DNA of 55,661 bases, filler included, from Sphacelaria rigidula (Eukaryota): assembly GCA_964200075.2 (NCBI GenBank). It is 6 parts of 6 records of this genome, joined end to end, with 100 filler letters (N's around TTAATTAATTAA, not from the genome) between each part and the next. Parts side by side here need not be neighbours in the genome. Positions count along the whole stretch, not along the records: positions 18,589 to 27,782 come from CAXNAA020009079.1; positions 27,883 to 37,075 come from CAXNAA020009080.1; 4 more parts are not named here. One strand, 5' to 3'. Position 1 is the first letter of the stretch; every line of letters begins with the position of its first letter. The notes beneath the pieces were generated by a model. It had not been told where the DNA came from, did no database searches, and saw only the letters and a list, made by a program, of their open reading frames with translations. Position numbers and translations under genes: made by a program. Below, piece by piece: positions 24,601-36,100 of the stretch.

Positions 24601-26799
24601 TCGTATGCTGCACCATTAACAGACGTCGTCTCAGCGGAAACATGAAGGACGCGCACAGCGCGCAAGCACTGAAGGGCAAACCCGTGAACTAATAGCAATA
24701 TCCATCTACCGCTTGGACACAAACTTCCAGTAACAATTCGCCGCTTAAGAGTGCTAAACACAATCCAAGCAATCATATTTGGCACGATAAAAGCGCCGAG
24801 GCTGTGTGCAGCAAATTGAAAATCATGAAGGTTGCTAGCAGAAAGCGTCGATCGCAGTTTGGGTGGTGTCGCAGCAATGAGATTGCTGGCAAATATCTTC
24901 TGAGACCTCTCCATCTTTGCTACGGCGTAGTACGTGAAATATGAAATGGCTCAAAGCTGATCACAAAACTTTCAGTTTTCGGTTGGGAGCAACCCTGTAG
25001 GCACACCGAACTTTGTTTTAAGGCGTAAGAACAGCAAACAATCTGTTCGTGGCTTGAAACTGATGAATAACGTACAATAGATACATTGGCGAGGAGGATT
25101 CGTACAGTACAGTAGGGGAGGAAGGTAAACGAGTAGTATTAGTGAACGAGTATAATAGCTGCTGAGCAATGCCAGATTATGCAGAAGCGACCTACCGGGG
25201 TTCATCGCTCGTATCTCGCCTTACCTATACTGTACCTGGACGGCAGTTTCCACACGACGTCCTCGAAAAATTCGCGAGCCAAGTGACCCTGCCGGTTCAT
25301 ATCTCGATATTCGGGATGAAACGCCGTAAACATATCCTGCCGTCGCGTCCGCTTTTGTCTATGATACCCCTGTGTTCTACCCTCTCCCTCGAACCTATCA
25401 CGCGTTTCGCGTGACCCGCTCGTTTCGTCTAAGGACTCTGACCCAATTGCCGTGGACTTCGCACTTCCCATGTGCCACCGCAGTAACTTCGCCTGGTTGC
25501 CGTCGTAGTTGCTGCCGTTGTTGTTATTACACCAATCTAAATGGTCGACGAGCCTTCGCTCGTGTGCAGTGACATATTCTCCGTTTAATACCCATACATT
25601 AGGCACAGCTTGAAGAATGCAGAGTCTATCTGAGGCCGGGCTGCCTTCCCCTCCCAGGTACAGCTCCAATACATGCGCTCGAGCTAGGGGTCCTAGGCGC
25701 TCCAGTGAAAGGTTGACATTGTACGATAGGTTGAGGTAGCCCATCGCCAGGAATGACGACAACCCGTCGATGTTTTCCTACGGAAGGTTTTTCGCGCGGT
25801 GTTTGTAGTGGTGGTATATGAGCCTTCTGCTCGTTTGTCAGTGATGATCCAAAAACTGAAAGCATACGAGTACCGCAAAGGGTGAACGTTGGCTCGTGCA
25901 TCATCGGACGCTAACGTTGGAGTACCCACACTGTACCTGAAAGTTGATTGATCGATTGATCGATGGATTGATTGTCGCACTTTACCTGACCCCCAAAGTG
26001 CATGGTATTAAGACGAAAAAACGTACTGATTTACAGAGGGAACACGAACGGTGGGAGATCGATGACTTGAATAGCACTGAGATCATACGACTTGCATTTT
26101 CTATGTCCTTTGAACCACATCATTGAGGTTGAGATCAACGGAGAATCGCGTACTCGGTTGGATATCACCATAATCCACCTCCTCAGCATTCACAAGAAAG
26201 GATGTTGCATGTAGTCACTTCAACACACAGCCTGCCCTAAGATAGGCTGAAAAGTAGGGCGTAAAGCAGTCGATCCTTGGTCACAAGAAAAATTCAGCTG
26301 TGGCGTGCTGTGCTGTAGTAGGTACAGTACTGTACAGTACTGCGTACTGTAGGATGGTATTCACCACTGCTACAAGAACTTCAGCGAGCCACCAACTTTT
26401 CGCACAAAGCCTGTTCGTCGCGTGCACTGGACTCACCAGTTGGTTGTGGGCAGCATCGATGATCCATAACTCCTGGCATCGCGCAAAAGACTCTTCGTTG
26501 AGCTCAGTCAAGGCGTTACGGCAGATATTCAAAGACGTCAAACTGGGGCATAGCGCAAGCCCTTCCAGCTGCTCTACGCCACGACCGTGCAACTGCAGCG
26601 ACCTCACGTCCGCAAGCGACTCCTTGCAAACTTGCCTGAGAGTTTCAGCCCGCAATACCCTCATTGGTAGCAAACTTTTGCTGGAGGAAGGAGAAAATAT
26701 CAGCAATATCAACAATCCACGGAAGTAGTGGAGCGGCGTCGTGGGAAAGCTAGGGGGAGATCAAGACCGGTAAGCTCACCACCAATCCCAGGCTGCCAT
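18683..26799 (-). CDS. Uncharacterised protein with N-terminal leucine-rich repeats and LRRcap, 10 exons; 3' end uncertain near the contig edge
   Basis: Phase-consistent exons (5' to 3'): 26799-26780, 26680-26437, 25777-25236, 24607-24229, 23335-23189, 22917-22849, 22509-21652, 21434-21174, 20696-20049 (GC donor), 19306-18683 (or a donor at 18729). SDS22-like LRRs: VRSLQLHGRGVEQLEGLALCPSLTSLNICRNALTEL, IIDAAHNQL|ENIDGLSSFLAMGYLNLSYN. LRRcap-like segment: RLCILQAVPNVWVLNGEYVTAHERR. The first exon and the 69-nt exon are least certain. Confidence 0.75.
23912..24061. mobile_element. hAT-like palindromic MITE (150 bp) in an intron of the LRR gene
   Basis: Ends CATACCCTGGACAATAGAATACACGGTCGAAAAG / CTTTTCGACCGTGTATTCTATTGTCCAGGGTATG. 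Exact 8-bp target-site duplication (TSD) GATCATTT at 23904-23911 and 24062-24069. Confidence 0.85.
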
Positions 26800-27358
26800 C
26801 CATCGAGAGAAACAAACGTTCTCGAACACCCACGAGTAACGTGTTGATGCAACCTGAAGACGGCAACCTGAAGACGGCAACCTGTAGGCGTAGTTGTCCG
26901 TACCTAAAACGCACCGTGGCCAAGCGGGTTTTAGACTGGGCTTCACGCACACACTGCAGTACAGTAGCACAATCTGTAGCCCGGTACAGCCTGCGCAGAA
27001 GCATGCGGCAAGATCGCGGCCTGTCACGTTACATATGCGGACCAACTCCCGTCGGTTCATGATTATTCTAAAAACAAGACATTTCAAGCACCAGATAGCG
27101 TTATGAAAAGGCTCTGCCGTGCAAGCAGACGCACACGATCTGCAGTGCAACTCGAGGAATGCTGTGAACATAAGCGATCTTCATGACAATATCCTCCCTC
27201 GACATAACCAACCGGAAGAGATAGTAAGAACCGTGGTGATATGTACTACGGAATGCACACAATCCCGTGCACACGCATCCGTGATCACTGTGCGTTGCGC
27301 GGCGATATGTCCCTGTTCTGGGCGTGGTGGGGCTCGTAGTTCCTCGGTGACGAGAAGA

Positions 27359-27457
27359 ATGGATGCGTCGAGCTTGTCTACACCGATCGAAGGCTTTGCC
27401 GCGCAGAAATGGATGAGAGACAGGAAATTATCCAGTGCGGCTACAGGGGCCCATGCG
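27359..27457 (+). CDS. Probable first coding exon of a divergently oriented hypothetical gene, truncated by the contig end
   Basis: ATG at 27359 (MDASSLSTPIEGFAAQKWMRDRKLSSAATGAHA) followed by a consensus donor G|GTAAGT at 27458, about 560 bp head-to-head from the LRR gene start. No recognisable domain. Confidence 0.35.
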
Positions 27458-27782
27458 GTAAGTCCTGGGCGTGCAGCACACACGCACGGTGTTTCTGTAG
27501 ATGTGCGCAACTGTTCCACCTACGTCACTGCATCACGTCCGTGTTCCTTTGTTTGATATTATTGATTGTCGCACATGAGCCGATCCTCGAGATATTCAGC
27601 CGTGGTCACCAGAGGTTGGACCCATCTGACACCTAGCTCCACTGCACTGTGGTATTGGCTCTACTGTATGCGAAACACCGCCTTGAACAGTAAAATATAG
27701 TTTGTCTACGAGCTGGGCCAGCCTAGAGGCTGCATGAACGTTTGCAGGCGGATGCGCCGGCCAATATTTGGAGTTAGACCAT

Positions 27783-27882
27783 NNNNNNNNNNNNNNNNNN
27801 NNNNNNNNNNNNNNNNNNNNNNNNNNTTAATTAATTAANNNNNNNNNNNNNNNNNNNNNNNNNNNNNNNNNNNNNNNNNNNN
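27783..27882. other. Artificial 100-nt contig linker
   Basis: Identical N44-TTAATTAATTAA-N44. Confidence 0.97.
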
Positions 27883-28051
27883 TTGCACCATTGTACGAGA
27901 TAAGCGTTGTGTCCATTAATGCAGGCACAACCCGCCGCAGAGAGCCTCGAAAAGCCTACTCTCAATCGCACCATCCACTCTCAATCTCACGAAAACACTG
28001 TTCTACGATGCGGTCCTCTAATCTAAGCACGCGGTCCTCTCACGCATTACA

Positions 28052-28440
28052 GGATGGATGTTTTATTGGGGATGAAAACTCGGAGAATCAAAATCTTCGT
28101 ATCCACACCAAATCTTCGAAGTATGCTTTCATTTCTTCACTTTCCGGTAGCTTTTGACAATAACTACACGCTACAAAATTGGGCTTTCGATAACCGAAAC
28201 ATCGGGGTCCTAGGTGAAAAACCAGTTTTGGAAGATTTCAGGTGTCCGGTTTGTCGGACGCCGCAATTGTTTTTTCACCTTGGACCCCGATATTTTGGTT
28301 ATCGTAATCCAAATTGCATGACGTGTAGTAGTTGTCAATAGCTAACAGCAACTGAAGAAATGGAAGCATACTTCGAAGATTTGGTGTCGATATGAAAATT
28401 TTAGTTTTCCGGCTTTTCGTTCCCAATATAACATCCATAC
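28052..28440. mobile_element. Diverged foldback / MITE-like inverted repeat with ~170-bp arms
   Basis: ATGGATGTTTTATTGGG..ACACCAAATCTTCGAAGTATGCTT..GGGGTCCTAGGTGAAAAA is mirrored at 28270-28440. TSD not resolved. Confidence 0.65.
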
Positions 28441-28569
28441 CCAATTTGTGAAATCCCATGTCAGATGAGAAAAGCAAGAATCGAAAAGTGTGACTGCAGG
28501 GTGTGATCACGAAAGAAGGCAAATCAATTTTACGAAAGATGTTGGGACATGCCAAGGAATGTGGTGGCA

Positions 28570-29720
28570 ACAGTAATCCTACACCTGCATGCACTAAGAT
28601 TGAAAATGGCCGCGGTCCACAACCTAATTCCAAGACCCCTACATGTTGAAACACCTGTGAAGACCTGCGCACCGCACTGTCACGTAGACAGGAGGTTAAT
28701 CAGGTAAAGTGATATACCGAGCAGGTCTACGACTTCCTCAAGATACCCAAGGGCGACAGGGCGCTCGAACGATCCAAATCGGAATGCAACTCCTTGGAAC
28801 CTATGTCATGCGTGGGAGGACCGCGTGCTTAGAGGACCGCATCGGCGTTTGAATACCCCTGCGTTTAGGGTGAGAGTTAGTGTTGGAGTTAAGGTCAGGG
28901 GTGTGGTCCCCGCAGGGACTGGCCCGATTTGATTTTGATTAACGTCGTTCCTGAGGTGTTTCGAACTACGATGTGGTCCTCTAAGCACACGGTCCTCTCA
29001 CGCATTACACCTGCAAAAACTAAGATTTCATATGACCGCGATCCACAACATGCTAATTCCAAGACGCTCATATATGGCACACCAGTTAGTCACGACCAGC
29101 GCACTGCACTGTCCCCTCCACGAGGAGGGGAGAAACGGTCGAAAACTGAAAACTGTGACCCCGAAGATAGCGCAGGCCAAGCCTCGATATATATATATAT
29201 ATAGATCAAGTGCAAGCAGACCACAAAATATGCTATCCGCCTGTGTGCACATGTTGCAATGGTTTTGCATGTAGGAAACCTAACTTTAAGTTTCCGAAAA
29301 CCTTCCTGCGCGGCATGTGTTCGTCCGACCGCGTTCGCGAACTGTTGGGCAAGATTCTCATGTACCTGCCCCTCACACGAGCCATCTCAGAATGCAACTC
29401 TCCGAACCTGCAAGTACCGGAAATGGGCGCGGTCCACAACCTCTTTCCGAGACGATTCTATCAGAGAACACCAACCAAGATCAGCGCACTGCGACGTCAC
29501 ATCCGCTCACGAGGAGAGCAAGGGTCGAAGACGGTGGCTCTGAAGTCAAAGCCGACCAAGCACCCAGAACTACATGTAAATCGTACGCAAGGGTTCCATA
29601 AAGACACAATCCTCATTTGTGCTCATGTTGTTGAAAAGATGTTTCATGTAGGAAACTACTGTAACGTTTTCTAAAACTATCTGCGCAGCGCACCTTCGTT
29701 CCACTGCATTCGCGAACTGA
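28570..29720 (+). repeat. Degenerate tandem repeat, ~390-420-bp unit, about three copies
   Basis: The motif ATG(G/A)(C/G)CGCG(G/A)TCCACAAC..TTCC(A/G)AGAC..ACACC..GCGCAC(C/T)GC..GGAG recurs at ~28606, ~29031 and ~29423. CATGTAGGAAAC..CTGCGC..TTCGCGAACTG recurs at ~29268 and ~29645. Confidence 0.6.
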
Positions 29721-29732
29721 GGCCGTGTCTTG

Positions 29733-29996
29733 GGCGGTATCTTCGCACATTAAGTTTCGATCAAAATTGTGCAGTGGAAAGCAAAAATACCGGTCTGATA
29801 GGCCGTAATTTCAACCATCTTCAAGTTTTCGATCGAAATTGTGCGGTGGAAAACCAAAATCCCGGTTTGATAGGCCGTGATTCCAACCATCTTCAAAGAA
29901 AATTTCGATGATGGTTGAAATTACGGCCTATGAGATCGGGATTTTTGTTTTCCACCGCACAATTTTGATCGAAAACTAATGTGCGAAGACACCGCC
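29733..29996. mobile_element. Harbinger-like MITE with internal ~72-bp subrepeats
   Basis: Terminal inverted repeats (TIRs) GGCGGTATCTTCGCACATTAAGTTTCGATCAAAATTGTGC / GCACAATTTTGATCGAAAACTAATGTGCGAAGACACCGCC, flanks TTG / TTA. Two direct subrepeats on the left and one inverted on the right. Confidence 0.7.
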
Positions 29997-30349
29997 TTAT
30001 CAAAACATTTTCGACTCGAAAGTATGCGGTCGAATCGAATTGGTCGCTACAAGGCCGTATCAAATACGTCCACGGCATTTATGTTCTCAGATGACTTCAA
30101 GTTCATTTTAGAGTTAGTTGCGCGCGATGGGTAGCGTCAAAAACAGAAAAGCTTACAGACTGGGCCGGCGAAGACAGAAATTTGTGGTTTGCGGACCCCG
30201 TTTCACCTCGAGTTTGCGGGTTAGACTTCGAAATTTGGTACGGAGGAAGAGTAGAGCATGCTAAAAGGCTGTCGCTCGGGACGCACAGTTTTTGTTTTTT
30301 TTCGTACGTTGACGATATTTTCCTGATATCGATTGATCATTACCATTAA

Positions 30350-30725
30350 CCCCTTTGGAACTCATGGACGATTTTTTTTTTTTGTGAATCGGTAGCATTT
30401 CCATTCATTCTCAAGCCAAAATGATGCCGATTCACGAAACAAAAATCGTCAATGAGGGATGCTACGGTAGGGGTGCACAACTATTTTCTGAGGCATGAAC
30501 TGTGAGGAGCCCTCTATCTCATACAAAGCACGACTTAAAAAATATGTGAGAGTACGCTAGGATCACTAGTCCAACGTGCTAGGGTGTCCCAAATGAATCT
30601 GCAAACGGGAGTGCCCTGACCCATGTTCTTGTGCATCTAGAAGTTTTAGGAGCCCCTGCACCAGACACAATTTCGCGCAGAACTGCACCCGTACCGTAGC
30701 ATTGCTCCAATGGGTTCCAAAAGGG
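30350..30725. mobile_element. piggyBac-like MITE interrupted by a nested element
   Basis: TTAA-CCCCTTTGGAACTCAT ... ATGGGTTCCAAAAGGG-TCAA. Removing the insert restores a copy of the element at 30846-30962. Confidence 0.7.
30454..30707. mobile_element. Sola-like non-autonomous TIR element (254 bp) nested in the piggyBac-like MITE
   Basis: TIRs GAGGGATGCTACGGTAGGGGTGCA / TGCACCCGTACCGTAGCATTGCTC, 4-bp TSD CAAT at 30450-30453 and 30708-30711. The uninterrupted sister MITE has a single CAAT at this site. Confidence 0.65.
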
Positions 30726-30845
30726 TCAACTTACGAGGGAAAAGGATGTGCATCCCGAGCGACAGCGGTTGAGCATGCCCTATTCTTCCTTCATACCAAA
30801 TTTCGGAATCTAACTCGCAAAATTGAGGTGAGACGGGGCGATTAA

Positions 30846-30962
30846 CCCTTCTGGAACTCATTGACGATTTTACTTTTGTGAATCGACATCATTTTCACTT
30901 GGGAATGACTGAAAGTGATGCCGACCCACAAAAACTAAAATCGTCAATGGGTTCCAAGAGGG
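30846..30962. mobile_element. piggyBac-like MITE (117 bp)
   Basis: TTAA-CCCTTCTGGAACTCATTGACGATTTTA...TAAAATCGTCAATGGGTTCCAAGAGGG-TTAA: TTAA TSD with CCC/GGG termini. Confidence 0.8.
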
Positions 30963-31334
30963 TTAAGAAACCGGGCCGGGCGAAATTCGGGACAACATTT
31001 TCCAGGCCGTTTACCGGCCCAGGTTTTTGGTACTTGTACCTTGAATCTTTTTGTGGGACCTCGCCAGGCCATAACCCACCAAAACAAGTGCGAAAGGTTG
31101 ATATATATATATATATATATATCCATTTGAGTAGGACGCTTTAGTATGGTGAAGACCATATTTTACCGAGAAGGCCGGTACCTCTCAAAAAACAAATAAA
31201 TGACAAATGAAGGGCCAGTTCTCTTTTTTCGTCGTGTCTTTGCCATTCTCCATGCCCGGTTTCAAATCTCAATTGTTGACATTGAGGTGAGAAACTAACA
31301 TGAGGTCCGAGAGCATCGTTCATTTTCCCCTTAA

Positions 31335-31432
31335 CCCTTAGGCCTCGAGGTTAGTCTTCTGTTGAATCGGCATCAATTATTTCGAGTGAAAAGAATGCAT
31401 GATCCAGAGAGACTAATCTCGCGGTCTAAGGG
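31335..31432. mobile_element. piggyBac-like MITE, second family (98 bp)
   Basis: TTAA-CCCTTAGGCCTCGAGGTTAGTC...GACTAATCTCGCGGTCTAAGGG-TTAA. Confidence 0.75.
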
Positions 31433-31724
31433 TTAAACTCCCTTGAAAAAACAAAAAATAATGAAAAAAAATGAAGAAAAACGAGAAACGAAAAAGGATG
31501 ATATTTTTTGGATTATGCAGGAGCGATTTTCGAAACTCTCGAAAACTGACACGCAATATCCAGATTTGGTGCATGCATGAGGTGTCTCTGCACGAAATAT
31601 TTTGATTTAGGTACAGAATCTTATGTGCGCCATATCTCGAGACAAATAACGAGTCAGGCAAAAGTGGAGGTATTGATCGTTTCCCCGGGCTCCAGGGAAT
31701 GTCCACGCCAAAAATCGTCATCCA

Positions 31725-32132
31725 ACAGTGGGTTCCCGAAAAAGGGGTTGAAAACAAAATGAGGTTCAACTCAGAAGCCGTGCTTTCCCTGACCTAAATT
31801 CATGACAAGTGACTTTTATGCGGACGACCTCATCTCTCCCGACCTCCTCAAAACTATTTCGGGGAACTTCTGTCCTTCCGTTATGTGCGGAAGCACACTT
31901 TTGCCTCGAGGTCGGGGTGAAGAAAGGTCGCTTTTTGGCCCAAAAATCGTGCTTTCGCACATACCCTTTGGGGGAACAGAAGGCTAGAAATCGCTTGAAA
32001 TAGCTTTAGGGAGGTCGGGAGGGATGGAGTCGTCCATATGAAAGTAATTATTAATGAATGTAGGTGAGAGAAAGCACGGGTTTTGAGTTGAACCTCATTT
32101 TTTTTTCAACCCCGTTTTCGAGAATCCACTGT
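31725..32132. mobile_element. Tc1/mariner-like MITE with ~75-bp TIRs
   Basis: ACAGTGGGTTCCCGAAAAAGGGGTTGAAAACAAAATGAGGTTCAACTC..GTGCTTTC is mirrored at 32055-32132. Right flank is TA, left flank CA. An isolated extra end lies at ~32298-32325. Confidence 0.65.
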
Positions 32133-32364
32133 TATCCTCTGTACATATCGTTTGAGGTTTCATACACACCTCAGCATACACGCCATCTCCGTACAGTAAA
32201 GGAATGGCTAGACGTGGGATTGAATCAAAGAGAAAAAGATGGCCCAGACTTCTGAGCACATGGGCACCTTCCCCATGATCTAACGATTAATACGATATAA
32301 CAGTGGATTCTCGAGAATGGGGCTGATCTCTGAAATGATGCTCAAGTGGCATATCGTTTTTGCA

Positions 32365-33120
32365 GGGATGACGCGAAACAGTTACACAGAGCGAAACAAT
32401 ATTTCCTCCCAAAAGTCTACAACGGTGAAGCAGTTATAGCTACGTGCACCGAACGAATGCGGTGTACACGCGTGTCGATGACGATATCATCAGAGAGAGA
32501 AGCAACGACAGAGAGGAAGCTTCTCGCCCGTGTCCTGTGTGTGTCCTTGCTCGGCGATTACCAATCGCTTGAGAGACTGGCATCATGCATGTTACTACCA
32601 TGTACCCAATTCCTCATGTGCCGGTAGGCATGTCATATTGCTGCGTACAGCCCCCCACAGAACGTCGAGGTGCGGAGGAATCTCGTCTCTTCTTGATTGT
32701 GGAACTCACCAATGCGAAGATCGATTTCTCTTTCCTTCGCTTTCTAGACAGGACGCGCCTCTGTTCGCTGAAAAACTTGTTGAAAAGCAGAGCAATATTC
32801 CCGCCACCGCTACTGTTCTCTGCCACACACGTGCCAGCAAGGATGGTGCTGCGGCAATAATAGATTCAACTTGAACTTGAGGGGGGAGCGTTATTCATCG
32901 TTGATTTTACCCGACAAGTGACCATCTAGGTGCCCGACCACAAGAGCATGCCACATCCAAGTTGGAGGGGTGTATGAGAGATCAAACATTTGTGGAGACC
33001 TTCTCGGCATGCGGAGTGAAAAACGATATTCATGGTGGTGACCTAACTGTTGCTAGCGTGGTGCAGAGGGGTGCTTCCATGCTGCAATCTGAAGGACACA
33101 CCCGCTGCGTGAACCCCACG
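32365..33120 (+). CDS. Possible exons of a hypothetical, poorly conserved gene
   Basis: Phase-compatible short exon chain with AG/GT borders: ~32365-32461, 32628-32669, 32748-32830, 32930-33120. No recognisable protein motif, so it could be chance. Confidence 0.25.
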
Positions 33121-34837
33121 GTACAGCAGCTTCCCAGAATCATTACAAGCTGGGGTGCGATATGAACTCATGAGGAACACGCGTGCTCTATGATCAACCT
33201 CTTGTGGCATTTGACACCCACGTACGTTGTACCGTGACCAACGACATTTGCCGTTCCTGGTTGACTGACGACAAGAACACCTCCGTAAAAATAAAAAAAT
33301 AGTATTGGGCTGAGCCGGCTACTGTACGTATGTCGGGTCATCTCACGATGGGGTTCACACCTTCTGCTATTCGGGGCGGGTTCACGATCGTCCGACTGAC
33401 TAATCCTCGACTCTTGTGTAGGACCGAACTCTTCCACGCACATGAACGCAATACCGGCTACGATCATACGTCCAATACGGAGGGAAATATCGAGGACGCG
33501 TGAGTTGAACAGGCGTTATGAATGATCCGTGATCCGTCTTCCTAAGCGGCGCCAACTGTGATCATGTAATGGCGACGCAGCTGAACAGCACGCCAAGTCT
33601 CACAAGACGCCAGCTCTACGCGCATGACGCTGAGCTCCTGTGACAATAATACGACAAAGAGCGAAACCGAAACTTTCCGCGAGACATTGCAGACATAGCA
33701 TGGCATCATAGATGTTTGTCCACTCCCGTCACCTTGATCTTCATCTAACCTCCACCGCGCTCTCACGATCGCGAGAATAAGCGACGAGAGGAGACCCGCA
33801 TGAAAGTTGGTGCACAATAAGATTTCCGCAGCACACAAGGCAATATACGGATTTCGAGGGAAGGCGGTCGCCTCGAGACGGGAGGAGTTTGCTAAGCTGA
33901 ATTTCCGACGGATTTCCATGTTCAAAGCCCTACAGCAGCACATGACCACGTCAGAAAACTACGACATTCCCGTAACGAACACTGATGTTTTCATAGAGCG
34001 AAGCTACTCGTCAAAAATCTCAAAAGCAACAGCATGTTCACTTGGGTAGACCTTGGAACATGGAACCCAAAGCTCCGGACAGTTCACCAGCCTACCCCCT
34101 CCTCCTGTACCTCTGGTGGTGCATTCTCAGTAGAGGTCTGTCCCGAAGAAAACTCCGTGTGGCTTCATGACATCTGAGCTATGTTCACCATCCGAATACA
34201 AATGGATAAGGACAACGTCCCCGTTGTAGATCGATGGTCCAGGTCTAAGAAACCCGCTGGTTGGTGACCACAGCGATCGTCTAGCCTGACGTCAAACAAA
34301 TCTCACGGGATGAATTTATTCTGAACCGGATCGACCCCCGCTCTCGGGGGTGATACAGTTGACGGCAAGCGCTAAATCACACCCCCGTCTGCTACAAAAG
34401 TCACGAGCCAATCTTGACGTCCATGTCCAATGACGGCGAAAGCGCGAATCTAGATACGATCGATAGGCTCGAGTTCGAACCCTGCCATCAAACGTGATGA
34501 GGTGCGAACGACCCATATTGCCTCGTCAAGGGACCGCGAGCTTCAGTCAGCTCACCAAAACATCTCGGACAACCCCCGCTTACCACTGCAGCCTCGTATC
34601 CTTCATATTCTTGATGGGAGACAGTGTCACTGTAATGAACACATCAAAACTCTGACCCCCTGCGGGAAAAATCTACAAGCGCTCGACACCTAGGAACCGC
34701 AACTCCCCAATGCGGATTGCGGCTAAGAAACAACGGCTCATCACTCTGTACGTCACTTTTACAAACCAACATCTTCACAATCACAACCGCGGTACAATTC
34801 ACTTTCCACGAAGCGAAGGAAGGAACAACATACTGTT

Positions 34838-36100
34838 TCACCTCAAAGCCGTTCGTAGGGTCCCATCATCGACAGAGCTAACGGGGTTGAAATCAGCCGG
34901 TCTCGATCCACCTCGGAATTTTCTATACGCGGACTCATACTGCAATCGGTCCTCGTGGGACAAAGACGGCCTGGTGCACTCGAACGCATCCCACACGTGC
35001 CGAGCAGAGATTTCAACGCCACGCTGATTCCCCCGTGCGGCTTCCGCTGCCCCTACACTACTTCCTCGTGACGTTCTTGTCGGAAGACCGTGATCTCGTT
35101 GTTGCGATGTGTGCTCCATGATCCTTTGCCCCGCGATATTGTGGGTGCCAGGAAGAGAAATCGTGGAGGGCACTGCTTGGGGTGGTGCAGATAACGAATC
35201 CCCGATGAAGGCATCGGCTGAATCATGCGGTATCGCATCGGTGATGGGTTGGTCTCTCACACTGCTAGCCTGCCCGTGAGGTGGATAAGTGACAGAAACC
35301 GACCGCGCAAACGAGTGGCGCAGATACTGGGGTCTCAAGAGTCGCTCGAGCACGACTAAATTCGTCGATAGGCGGGGGCGGGGTTCGATTCACGTCTTGT
35401 ACAACGGACGTTCGGCGTGGGACCCGACGAGTGAAGTGTGGTATTGCAGTACGCACTCATGCGCTGTGCTCGGTTGCAGCGAACGACGGGGCACTACACA
35501 GCTACGACGTCGGATCATCGCGGGCAGGTGTGTCGACATACAACGCAGCATCGGCACGTTCTCGTCGTCAAGTCTGGCAACACAGAGCGCAGCAAGGTGC
35601 CGGCACCACTACTGCACAGCGAAGAGCACTCATACCGGCGGCGGGTGAACGGGTGTCGCGTTGATGTTGTCCCCATGCGACTGTTTATTCGACTTCTACC
35701 CTTGAGCAGATATTACGGGAGGCCGGCAACACCAGAAGCCGTGACATACTGCCGAGATAGTGAGAAGAACACTGCTCTATACCTAACAAAAAAAATGATG
35801 ATATTACGTGCTTCGGTACCACCGAAGGTGGTGGTTTACTACTGCGAACATGGCCAACGGTGTTCAAACCATTGTGTCTCGTGGGACCGAACGCCCAAGT
35901 ACGGATGCACACCAACGAGCGAGGATGGAGCCACGTCACGTATCACCCACCTCTAAGAAAGAGTGGATTGCTGCGAGCTGGGCTGTGTCCACCAAAGCCT
36001 GTAGATCGGCCCCTGTAAAGGCCGCGGACTTCGGAGATCGAGCGACGCTCGCAAGGGCAACATCCCGTGCCTCGTCCGACATTGGAGTCTTGCGGCTCAC
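34838..36100 (-). CDS. PEX1: Peroxisomal AAA+ ATPase PEX1, last two exons (partial)
   Basis: Exon 36100-35951 (VSRKTPMSDEARDVALASVARSPKSAAFTGADLQALVDTAQLAAIHSFLE) splices in phase 0 to 35269-34838 (..ISARHVWDAFECTRPSLSHEDRLQYESAYRKF..TLRTALR*). FTGADLQAL..AQL.A.H and the TRPS..ED...Y..F..R-T-x-x tail match the PEX1 D2 lid and C-terminus. The upstream part of the gene is off the contig. Confidence 0.8.

Noticed and set aside
29755-29975. CRISPR-like repeat array
   Set aside because: The ~72-bp repeats are contiguous or inverted without unique spacers, there are no cas genes, and the context is eukaryotic. They are MITE subrepeats.
27359-33120. Joining the 27359 exon to the 32365-33120 exons as one gene with a MITE-filled intron
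   Set aside because: They are separated by a linker, and the phases (0 vs 2) do not match.
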